Below, one piece after another: positions 10,614-21,019 of a DNA stretch of 64,000 nucleotides. Positions within the stretch are counted from its first letter, which is position 1; every line of letters starts with the position of its first letter. The notes under the pieces were generated by a model. That model ran no database searches, was not told the origin of the DNA, and saw nothing but the letters and a program-made list of their open reading frames with translations. Origin of the DNA: Desulfobacterales bacterium (GTDB lineage Bacteria > Desulfobacterota > Desulfobacteria > Desulfobacterales > UBA5852); assembly GCA_963674755.2 (NCBI GenBank), contig CAXXVS010000002.1, positions 2,144,001-2,208,000 of the forward strand. Reading direction: 5' to 3'. The position numbers and the translations under genes are program-made.

Positions 10614-10872
10614 ATGTAATCACAACCCACAAGCGAGCGGTATCACAAGTTCATTGAGGAAGGGCCGTAAGGCTGTTCGAGAAGTGAAACGCTGTTGCCA
10701 AGTGCTTAATGCGTCAAGGAAAATGACAATACATATAGCTCAATGTTGCTCGAAAAATAGTCGTCAATTGATGCCGCAGATATCCGTCGAATTCGGTTCC
10801 TGACGGGTTAGGCTAACGTTGTGTGGTCCTTTTACAATTCAATGAATCAACTACTAAGGAGACAGGTAAGCA

Positions 10873-11160
10873 ATGAAGATCAGACCGTTAAACGATCGAG
10901 TTCTGGTGCAACGCATGGAAGAAGAGACCAAAACCAAGGGCGGAATTATTATTCCTGATACGGCTAAAGAAAAGCCCGCCGAGGGCAAAATTGTTGCTGC
11001 GGGAAACGGCCGTTTGGGAGATGACGGCAAACGTATCCCCCTTGAAGTTAAAAAGGGCGACCGTGTGCTTTTCAGCAAGTACGGCGGCACCGAAGTCAAG
11101 GTGGAAGGTGAAGAATACCTGATTATGCGGGAAGACGACATTCTTGGAATCATCGAATAA
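10873..11160 (+). CDS. groES: Co-chaperonin GroES
   Basis: [25 protein letters not shown]. Confidence 0.99.
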   Translation: MKIRPLNDRVLVQRMEEETKTKGGIIIPDTAKEKPAEGKIVAAGNGRLGDDGKRIPLEVKKGDRVLFSKYGGTEVKVEGEEYLIMREDDILGIIE

Positions 11161-11183
11161 ATACTGAAACACACGGAGGTTAG

Positions 11184-12857
<1,674 letters not shown>

Positions 12858-12887
12858 ACAGCCCGTCCCACCAGTTTAACCTACACT

Positions 12888-12932
12888 AGTAAATAACCCC
12901 TCTGTCACATGGTGACAGGGGGGTTTACTTTT
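12888..12932 (+). terminator. Intrinsic terminator after groEL
   Basis: AACCCCTCTGTCAC-ATG-GTGACAGGGGGGTT followed by a T-rich tract. Confidence 0.75.
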
Positions 12933-13056
12933 GGATTTATGCCAGATCGCTTGACAATTATTAGGCTGGGGGATAATGATAAACTATTGATAGAATCCAT
13001 AATTTTATAGATGAAGTGCAATACTAACACAACTATCAGACGAATCGGAGCGATAC

Positions 13057-14079
13057 ATGAAAACGACAACCCCACTCCGAATCACGCTTGGGGCTTTCTT
13101 GCTTTCACTATTGATGCTGACGTTGCCCCTCGCCGCGTTAGCGGCAGGTAATATCGAAGACCACATCATCGAGACCGAAACCGGCATCTATTATATTGTC
13201 CAGCCAGGCGATACATTGTGGGATCTCTCGCGGCAATTTTCCGATTCTCCTTGGCTATGGCCGGAAATGTGGAATGAGAATCAACAAATTACAAATCCCC
13301 ATCTTATCTATCCCGGCGATCGTATCAAACTTTATCGGCGAACAGATGTCAATCGGGTCCAGACCGGTGTTTCAGGTCCTGAGCCTGCTGGAAAGACATT
13401 TACCTATCGCGATATGGATTCGGTCGGGTTCATCCGCAAAACCGCTCTTGAGCCTAGCGGCATCATCATTGATATCCAGCGGTCCAAAACGCTTGCCAGC
13501 GACTACGATGAAATCTATATCATGCCGGAAGCAGGCCATCCATTCGCCACAGGGGAGAAATATACCGTCTACCGCACCTTACAGAAAGAAATCCGGGACA
13601 ATAAGACAAACGCTTATATCGGCCTCCAGCATCTCCTCCTAGGTGTGATAGAAATTGTCAACGTTACACCCGATGTCGTGGTTGGAAAAATTAATAAGTC
13701 ATTCCGGGCCATCGAATTGGACGATCAGGTAACCCCCTATCTGAAGCGGCCAGAAATAATCGAAATCAAAGAAAGTGTACCGAACCTCAAGGGTAAACTC
13801 ATCGCATCTGAAGATCATCTCCGTTTGATTTCTCAATATCGGACGGCCTTTATCAACAAAGGCGAAGTTGACGGTATTGAACCCGGTCAATACTATACCG
13901 TCTACATCCAAAAGGAAAATCGTATCGTCAGCAATGGCCGGGAAAAAAACATAAATCTACCACCACAAAAATTGGGGTCGGTTCTTGTGTTGCTCACTGA
14001 GGAAAATACGGCGACCACTTTGGTCGTCCAATCCGATCCGGGAATCGGCCCATGGACACCTATCGCAAGCCCTTTTTAA
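13057..14079 (+). CDS. LysM peptidoglycan-binding protein, TsaP-like
   Basis: Signal peptide, then YIVQPGDTLWDLS..SPWLWPEMW..NQQITNPHLIYPGD and a beta-rich C-terminus. Confidence 0.75.
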   Translation: MKTTTPLRITLGAFLLSLLMLTLPLAALAAGNIEDHIIETETGIYYIVQPGDTLWDLSRQFSDSPWLWPEMWNENQQITNPHLIYPGDRIKLYRRTDVNRVQTGVSGPEPAGKTFTYRDMDSVGFIRKTALEPSGIIIDIQRSKTLASDYDEIYIMPEAGHPFATGEKYTVYRTLQKEIRDNKTNAYIGLQHLLLGVIEIVNVTPDVVVGKINKSFRAIELDDQVTPYLKRPEIIEIKESVPNLKGKLIASEDHLRLISQYRTAFINKGEVDGIEPGQYYTVYIQKENRIVSNGREKNINLPPQKLGSVLVLLTEENTATTLVVQSDPGIGPWTPIASPF

Positions 14080-14101
14080 GGTAAACGACCCATACCCCAA
14101 A

Positions 14102-14151
14102 AAGCACAATGGGAGCGCCCCCTTCGGGAGGTTGCCCCCATTGCTTTTTTT
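14102..14151. terminator. Hairpin between convergent LysM and GspE genes
   Basis: AAGCACAATGGG...CCCATTGCTTTTTTT. Confidence 0.65.
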
Positions 14152-14180
14152 CACCTTATATTTAACGATCTGAACTTATT

Positions 14181-16010
14181 TCAAACGATGACCTTACGAG
14201 CGGCCGTGACCCGCAATACTTCCTCATAGGTTGTTACCCCGTCGAGCATCTTTTGGATGGCATTTTCGCGCAAGGTCACCATTCCCTCTTCAATGGCCCG
14301 CACTCTTATGGTTTCAATATTAGTCTTAGGCGTTGTCATTTTTTGAATGGCCTCTGAGTAGGGCATTACTTCAAACGCTGCGGATCGGCCGCGGTAACCC
14401 GTCTGGCGACAGCGGTTGCAGCCGCGCCCCCTGAATAGTTTGACGGCCCCTTTCAGCCCTGTATCAATACCGACGGCACGGAGGTCATTGGCGTCCATTG
14501 CAAAGGGCTCCTTGCAATAGTCACAGATAACACGGAGCAGGCGTTGGGCCATAATCCCCACCAGAGTGGCCTGAATGAGAAACGAGTGTACCCCCAAATC
14601 CAGTAAACGGGTAATGCTGCTGGGCGCATCATTGGTATGCAATGTCGATAATACCAGGTGACCTGTCAAAGCCGCCTGGACCGCATTTTCAGCGGTATCC
14701 AGGTCGCGCATCTCACCAATCATAATAATGTCCGGATCCTGACGTAAAATTGTTTTTAAAATCGATCCGAAGGTAACACCAACTGCCGGTTGGACACCGA
14801 TTTGATTGAAGTCCTCGTGGATCATCTCGATGGGATCTTCCACCGTCACAATATTGTTTTCAGGTGTTGAAACTTTGCGTAAGGCGGAATAAAGGGTCGT
14901 GGACTTGCCGCTTCCGGTGGGACCTGTAACCAGAATAATGCCATGAGGCATTCGGATAAATTCATTAAATTTGCGCAAGTCCTCGGGCATGAACCCCAAT
15001 CCATCCAGATCTTGAATCAGAATATCCGGATCCATTACGCGCATTACCATTTTTTCGCCAAATGCCACCGGCACTGAGGAGATGCGGATCTCCACTTCCA
15101 TCCCCCCCTTGTCCATCTTGATTCGGCCGTCCTGGGGGCGCCGTTTTTCGGCCATATTCATCCGTGACAATGCTTTGATGCGGGAGACAATGGCATTGTG
15201 AACCTTTTTGGGAAGCCGGTAGACAGTGTGCAGTACACCATCGATCCTCATCCGAACCAGTACAATCTCGCGTTTAGGTTCGATATGGATATCCGAAGCG
15301 CGCTGATCAAACGCGTAAATAAAAAGATGATTAACGGCATTAACGATATGTTGATCATTGGAAGGTAAATCATCGCCGGTCCTTAACCGGACATATTGTT
15401 CGAGATTGCCGATATCAATCGCTGATGAAGAAAAAAGGTCTTCGGCAGCGGCAATTGACCGTTTAAAACCGAAAAATTCGTTTAGCAGTTTGATGATATC
15501 GGTCTTGGAGCTGACCGTTGTCAGTACGCGCATATTGGTTACGCGCGCGACATCATCCATTACCTCCATATTAAACGGATTCGGAGTCGCCACCGTCAGA
15601 TTCCCGTTTTCAACCTTGATAGGCAACACAAGGTGCTTCATGGCAAAATTACGCGGAATCGTGGTCGTGACGACGTTGAGGTCTAATTTGAGGGGATCGA
15701 TTTTCTGGTAGGGAAGTTCCCACTCCCGTGCAAGGGCCTGGAAAATAGCATCTTCCTCCAAGCCGCCAGGCCGTCCATCGGCACGGGGCGGTTGCATGTG
15801 GGCAACGACATCCACAAATGTTACCGGATTGCTGATTTTAATACCAAAGGACGCATTACGCTTGCGGTTTTCGCGTTCCAGTTCCTGGAATATTTTTTCC
15901 CTTTGCACGAGAATTTGTTTAGCCTGCTCCTTCGTCAACAATTTTTGCATGATGAGGACACGGCAAACATCTTTAGGGGCAAAGGGGTCGTTAAGATCTT
16001 TGGGGGGCAT
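14181..16010 (-). CDS. GspE/PulE/PilB family secretion ATPase
   Basis: ASDIHIEP, RPQDGRI, GPTGSGKST, TVEDPIE, LRQDPDIIMIGEMRD, LSTLHTND, tetra-Cys CDYC..CNRC. Confidence 0.93.
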   Translation of the reverse strand: MPPKDLNDPFAPKDVCRVLIMQKLLTKEQAKQILVQREKIFQELERENRKRNASFGIKISNPVTFVDVVAHMQPPRADGRPGGLEEDAIFQALAREWELPYQKIDPLKLDLNVVTTTIPRNFAMKHLVLPIKVENGNLTVATPNPFNMEVMDDVARVTNMRVLTTVSSKTDIIKLLNEFFGFKRSIAAAEDLFSSSAIDIGNLEQYVRLRTGDDLPSNDQHIVNAVNHLFIYAFDQRASDIHIEPKREIVLVRMRIDGVLHTVYRLPKKVHNAIVSRIKALSRMNMAEKRRPQDGRIKMDKGGMEVEIRISSVPVAFGEKMVMRVMDPDILIQDLDGLGFMPEDLRKFNEFIRMPHGIILVTGPTGSGKSTTLYSALRKVSTPENNIVTVEDPIEMIHEDFNQIGVQPAVGVTFGSILKTILRQDPDIIMIGEMRDLDTAENAVQAALTGHLVLSTLHTNDAPSSITRLLDLGVHSFLIQATLVGIMAQRLLRVICDYCKEPFAMDANDLRAVGIDTGLKGAVKLFRGRGCNRCRQTGYRGRSAAFEVMPYSEAIQKMTTPKTNIETIRVRAIEEGMVTLRENAIQKMLDGVTTYEEVLRVTAARKVIV

Positions 16011-16456
16011 TAATTATCTTTCCTCCGAAGGGGTATCGCCGGGCAGCTGATCAGCATATTAAATCATGGCCTCACCCTTCTGCTGAAGAAACAAAGCTAC
16101 CCACTTCTTGCATAATATCAGGAGGTCTTGGCTTAATTTGCATATCCGATATTTTTTACCCCCTGTTGCAGCAATGGATAACGCACAGTCATGATTCTTT
16201 ACCTTGATGCGTTCAGGCTCAGAATAAGAGACGATAGATCAGATATCACGGAAAAGCAACGGCACCGTTGGGCAGGAGTAAAATATCCGCACTGTGAAAT
16301 CCTTTGGTTTAGCCATTGGATTCCATCTATAACAACATTGGTGGGAACGGCCTTGTGGTAAACAATAGCGAATGACAAGTCGACAATTAAAGCAATCTCA
16401 TGGAAACAACACTTCTGCCGTCAAACCATACGAAAAGATAAAATTCTCAAATCCAA

Positions 16457-18691
16457 TCACGCCATCTCAGTTATACGTCGATCTCGAGCTTCTTCCTTCG
16501 AACGTCCTGCCCATTCCAAAACCCTATTAACAAGAACTTCATGACGGCTATCTTTACTAAAAGACAGGAAATCCTCACGGCGATCGATAACCTTGTCGAT
16601 CATCCATTCATCACTGGCTCCACCTGATCGTCCCAAACCACGCACCAAAACCTTTAGGTGCTGTAAAAAGGCTTCAATAGTTGCTGTATCGCCAGCCAAT
16701 CGGTAAATCTCGGCATCCGGATTTCCGTATTCATTGATAGCGCTTCGCAAGACAGAACGGGCCACATCACCACCCAGCAGGGCTACGAAGATATGGATTT
16801 CCCGTTCGAGGGACAGCAGATATTTCAGATTCATATTATCTGTGCTGTCATAACCGGAATCAAGCGAAACGACGATTTTGCGGTGAATCGTCCTAATCTT
16901 TTCAAATAGGGCTTCATTCTCAGCATCAATCAGCATTAAAGCCGCTGTGGCAGCCTCACGATTAAGGCCTTCCTTGACAAGAAAAACTTCTTCCGGAGTA
17001 ATTTCGATATCAATATCTAATTCTTTATTATAACGTCGCAGAAGGAGATTGGCGAGCATCAAGGCATTACGGTCTGAAAAGTGTACGGCATCCGGTTCCT
17101 CCAGAAAATCCCCCAATAAAACCTGAAGCGCTTTTTCCGGTGTTTCCATCTTGGCAAACAGCAACTGCAATGCATTGAGAAAAGCGATACGATCGTCGCG
17201 TTGCATCGGCTGTTTCAAAAAATGCCATAGGATTTCGAAAACTTTCTCTTCATATCGGGAAAATTCGCTAACGCAGTCTTCAAATCCTATCTTGCTGAAT
17301 CGACCATCGGTATCGAAACATCTCTCAAGTAGATGCAGTATCTCTCTTACATCCATCGGAGAGATGTCGAAATCACGACTAAGGATTTCATAATCACGAG
17401 CGTTGAAAGGATTTTCCGTTCTGCTGATTTGTCGCATTTTCTCTCGGGTATCAAGGCGCCCTGCGTAAAAATCGATCATGCGGGTGGCTAGGTCGTGTAA
17501 CCGCCCAATTTTAAAGCTCTCCTTCCCTTCTTGAACCAAAAGGACACCACTCTCAACACGAAGCTGGCGAATGATGTCGTCCGGCACCTTTTCGATACGC
17601 CATTGAATATTGGTTAAAATCTCATCCTTGATCATATCTTTTTTGGGACGATCGCCAATCGCTTCGATCAGTTCTGAAACGCGCTTGAGTCGCAGCCCAA
17701 GCTCACGCGCGCTCACATGGTGGTAGTCACGGCCATAAAGGCTTTCGAGATAAAGGGCTTGGTCGGCGGATGTATTCTCAAATTCTTCATCCACAAGGCG
17801 GGCTATCTGAGCTTTCGCCTTGGGCAATTTTCCTACCGTCCGGTCCAGAAGAAGCCAGCGGATATTATTGAGTTCGATTGGTGGCAACATGAGCTTCTGG
17901 CGCAAGTTTTTTATGCCCGCTATGGCATCGTAAACCCCAGCATACCGATGAGCGCCGGTAGATGTATCGGATTCTTTTATCCAGCTGCAAACCTCCTTAA
18001 CAAGCGTCTTCATGGCTTCTGGTTGAATCCCATTCAGGCCTGCCAACATGGTCAGATTAGGATCTGGAAACCCTTTTTCATCTTTCATCACCGGTAACTT
18101 GACGACATCACCATCAATATTGACCTCAATATCCTCAGCTCTATTCAATGCGCCCTGGTATCTGGCAATGATCGAAACCGCCGTGCGCAGTCGTATTAAG
18201 GCATCGGGAGAACCATCCGGGAGTTTGAGGTGAATGGTCAGCACTTTGTGGTTGTTAAAAGTGGTGAAGGCTTTGGATATCAGCGCATTGAGGTAAGTCA
18301 TATGTTCGCCTAAACGGCGAATCATCATGGCAACCGTTTCCCGTTCCATGACAATATCACTGAAAAACACTTGATAATCCGGATGAGGACCATTTCCGCT
18401 TTGGGAAGACAGACGACAAGCACGAATTAACAGCGTGCCGTCATGGCCGGAACGTTTCTTTAGCTTTTCCAGCGTTTTGGTGAGTTGGGCATAGGGATCG
18501 ATCTGCATCGGAACATCAATGGTCTCTCCCATCGAATCCGAATCATCTCCCGTATTTGTTGCGGAATCGTGATCCCGACGAAGACAGGCACTCAGCAAAT
18601 GACAGAGTTCCACCAGCAGGGTAATTAGAGCATCGTTTCGCCCTTGGCTGTCGTATAAACTCTCGAGAATGGTGAGTTCCGTGTCATTCAT
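16457..18691 (-). CDS. Large hypothetical protein (744 aa, acidic, appears helical and cytoplasmic)
   Basis: Long uninterrupted ORF with no motif I recognise and no obvious signal peptide. Confidence 0.8.
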   Translation of the reverse strand: MNDTELTILESLYDSQGRNDALITLLVELCHLLSACLRRDHDSATNTGDDSDSMGETIDVPMQIDPYAQLTKTLEKLKKRSGHDGTLLIRACRLSSQSGNGPHPDYQVFFSDIVMERETVAMMIRRLGEHMTYLNALISKAFTTFNNHKVLTIHLKLPDGSPDALIRLRTAVSIIARYQGALNRAEDIEVNIDGDVVKLPVMKDEKGFPDPNLTMLAGLNGIQPEAMKTLVKEVCSWIKESDTSTGAHRYAGVYDAIAGIKNLRQKLMLPPIELNNIRWLLLDRTVGKLPKAKAQIARLVDEEFENTSADQALYLESLYGRDYHHVSARELGLRLKRVSELIEAIGDRPKKDMIKDEILTNIQWRIEKVPDDIIRQLRVESGVLLVQEGKESFKIGRLHDLATRMIDFYAGRLDTREKMRQISRTENPFNARDYEILSRDFDISPMDVREILHLLERCFDTDGRFSKIGFEDCVSEFSRYEEKVFEILWHFLKQPMQRDDRIAFLNALQLLFAKMETPEKALQVLLGDFLEEPDAVHFSDRNALMLANLLLRRYNKELDIDIEITPEEVFLVKEGLNREAATAALMLIDAENEALFEKIRTIHRKIVVSLDSGYDSTDNMNLKYLLSLEREIHIFVALLGGDVARSVLRSAINEYGNPDAEIYRLAGDTATIEAFLQHLKVLVRGLGRSGGASDEWMIDKVIDRREDFLSFSKDSRHEVLVNRVLEWAGRSKEEARDRRITEMA

Positions 18692-18795
18692 AGATTTTCC
18701 CCGGTCTTTCGCATTTTGATATGCAACACACTCAATAAATTAACCTTGTCTTATCGAACGGTTCGTCGAAAACACTGATGCACCGGTGGTGTCTA

Positions 18796-19910
18796 TTAAC
18801 CCGGCGATTATTCATACCAAAATACTGCGAAGTATGGTATAGTACTTCGCATGGAAACAACAGACACCAGAAAGCTTAAACCAGAGGTTCAAGAGCAACT
18901 GCGCCGACAAGTTGTAAGGCTTCGCAAAGCTGGCAAAACTTACAAAGAGATCGGTGAGGTTGTTGGCATTCACTACACTAATGCGTGCAAGATATTTAAA
19001 GCCTACGAAAAAGGCGGTCAAAATGCGATTAAGGCAAAGAAACGGGGGCGCAAAACCGGTAGTTGCCGAACGCTTGATCCAGAGCAGGAAAAGCAGCTGA
19101 AAAAGGTAATTACCGATAAAACCCCTGATCAACTCAAGTTCCCATTTGCCCTTTGGACCCGTCGGGCTGTCCAGCAGTTGATCACGCAGCTTTTTTCCAT
19201 CAATATGCCGATTCGCACCGTAGGTGAGTACCTCAACCGCTGGGGCTTTACCCCCCAAAAGCCTTTGCGCAGAGCCTATGAACAGAACCCAAAATTGGTT
19301 CAAAAATGGCTTGACGAAGAGTATCCCGCCATTGCAGTCAGGGCCAAGAAAGAAGACGCTGAGATCAATTGGGGGGATGAGACCGGGCTTTGCAGCGACA
19401 GTCAGCATGGCAGAAGCTATGCGCCAAGAGGAAAAACGCCTGCCATACGGCTCAATGCAAAAAAGGAAAGGGTCAACCTGATCTCTTCGATTACCAATCA
19501 GGGTAAAGTCCGTTTCATGATCTACAATCAGACAATGAACTCGCAGACCTTTATCAAATTTTGCAAACGATTGATAAAAGATGCCGACAAAAAGGTATTT
19601 TTGATTTTGGACAATCTGCGAGTTCATCATAGTCATATTGTCAAAGACTGGATCGATCAGCATAAAGACAAAATCGAACTGTTCTTTTTGCCCTCGTATT
19701 CGCCCGAATTGAATCCAGATGAATATTTGAACTGTGATTTGAAGGCCGGGGTTCATTCCGGTGCGCCAGCCAGGTCAAAATCCCAATTAAAGAGCAAGGC
19801 GCTAAGCCACCTTCGCATGCTACAAAAATTGCCAAGGCGCGTTGCAAAATACTTTAAACATCCTAAGATTGCTTACGCAGCATAATTGGTAACTATTATT
19901 GCCGGGTTAA
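18796..19910 (+). mobile_element. IS630-family insertion sequence
   Basis: Terminal IRs TTAACCCGGCGAT / (rc)TTAACCCGGCAAT, flanked by TA at 18794-18795 and 19911-19912. Confidence 0.92.
18851..19885 (+). CDS. IS630 transposase, intact single ORF
   Basis: HTH, WGFTPQKP, DDE triad WGDETG / ILDNL / SPELNPDE. Confidence 0.95.
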   Translation: METTDTRKLKPEVQEQLRRQVVRLRKAGKTYKEIGEVVGIHYTNACKIFKAYEKGGQNAIKAKKRGRKTGSCRTLDPEQEKQLKKVITDKTPDQLKFPFALWTRRAVQQLITQLFSINMPIRTVGEYLNRWGFTPQKPLRRAYEQNPKLVQKWLDEEYPAIAVRAKKEDAEINWGDETGLCSDSQHGRSYAPRGKTPAIRLNAKKERVNLISSITNQGKVRFMIYNQTMNSQTFIKFCKRLIKDADKKVFLILDNLRVHHSHIVKDWIDQHKDKIELFFLPSYSPELNPDEYLNCDLKAGVHSGAPARSKSQLKSKALSHLRMLQKLPRRVAKYFKHPKIAYAA

Positions 19911-20006
19911 TAATTCTCAAGCGCCACTCTTTGGCAACACATGGGAAGGCATTTTGGTAAAACGGATGATGTTGTCTATCGCTATCCACCACCATGCATA
20001 TCAAAT

Positions 20007-20108
20007 TACTAATGGGGTCCTTTTACGCCCGACACGTATTTCGTGTTTTAAGCAACAACAGTTGATTTAGAATCTCTTCATGTCGGGTAGGTTTTTACCC
20101 CATTAGTA
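20007..20108. repeat. ~100-bp imperfect inverted repeat
   Basis: TACTAATGGGGT...CCCGACA pairs with TGTCGGG...ACCCCATTAGTA. Confidence 0.65.
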
Positions 20109-20160
20109 GGTGTTGGGTTTTGTTACCATTAGGATTTCAAGTATCAGCCGACAACACTAT

Positions 20161-20703
20161 TTATGACCCAGATTCGTCTGGGCTCCCAAGCGCTTTTTGT
20201 ACCTCATCTACTTCCTTCTGGAATGCTTCGTGGCGTTTCTGATATTCAGCGATCTTCCGATTCAGTTTCTTGACTTTGCCATCGTATTCAGCAACCTTTT
20301 TAGCATCACGTCCGGCCAGTGAGCCCTCAAGGCTTTTTTTTTCCTTGAGCAGTTTGTATTTTTCTTCCATTAATTCAGCTAATTCGGCATCCAGCTTTTT
20401 TTTCTTCTGGTTGAGCTCCTCAATCTTTTTTTCATCTACAACGGGAGTTCCTGTACCGGAATCATCTTCAGCCGTACCGGCAGGAGCGTCGTCTTCTTTT
20501 GGTGTTGGGTCTACTTCAGGTGTTGCGGGTGCTTCTTCGTAGGTTTGGACTTTGGGGCGCTGATCTTCCGGCACTTCGGCAAGATCATAAGTATAACGAA
20601 TGACCCCTTGCGCATCTCTGTATTTGTAAATTTCGGCAGTTGCTATATTAAGACCGGCAACAAGCCACACCAAGCCAGTAACAAATAAGATTCGTATCAT
20701 CAT
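20161..20703 (-). CDS. DUF4124-like exported protein with coiled-coil tail
   Basis: Signal peptide, AEIYKYRDAQGVIRYT, P/E linker, K/E coiled coil; TGATG coupling to the upstream gene. Confidence 0.75.
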   Translation of the reverse strand: MMIRILFVTGLVWLVAGLNIATAEIYKYRDAQGVIRYTYDLAEVPEDQRPKVQTYEEAPATPEVDPTPKEDDAPAGTAEDDSGTGTPVVDEKKIEELNQKKKKLDAELAELMEEKYKLLKEKKSLEGSLAGRDAKKVAEYDGKVKKLNRKIAEYQKRHEAFQKEVDEVQKALGSPDESGS

Positions 20704-20990
20704 CACTCCGAACTTAGCCACATCTCATCAATTTGACCATCCGAATTGATGCTAAATCCCACCCTATCGCTTTCTCTGAAATCCGATAGACTGATTTGGG
20801 TCTTTTTATCCGCTGCAAAGAATAGAGCGCCAGGAGCAATCTTAAAGGTCACATCATCAAGAACGATGGTATCATTGCCCAAAATTGCCCCAATTTGGGT
20901 TGCCCCTGAATCACTCTGAGCTAACCCTAATACGGGGAGCGACACAAGCGCAAGCAGAATCATAGGTATAATAACGTATTGTTTCCTCAT
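20703..20990 (-). CDS. Small exported protein, PilY2-like position and pattern
   Basis: Signal peptide plus ~70-aa beta-rich domain; GAGGAG RBS; directly after pilY1. Confidence 0.65.
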   Translation of the reverse strand: MRKQYVIIPMILLALVSLPVLGLAQSDSGATQIGAILGNDTIVLDDVTFKIAPGALFFAADKKTQISLSDFRESDRVGFSINSDGQIDEMWLSSE

Positions 20991-21019
20991 ATGCTCTTCT
21001 CCTCTTTTCGGACAATAGT

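Noticed and set aside
10614..10872. CIRCE or HAIR operator upstream of groES
   Set aside because: No TTAGCACTC-N9-GAGTGCTAA or CTTGAGT-N7-ACTCAAG match seen.
18812..19756. 314-aa ORF antisense to the IS630 transposase
   Set aside because: Shadow ORF with no recognisable motif.
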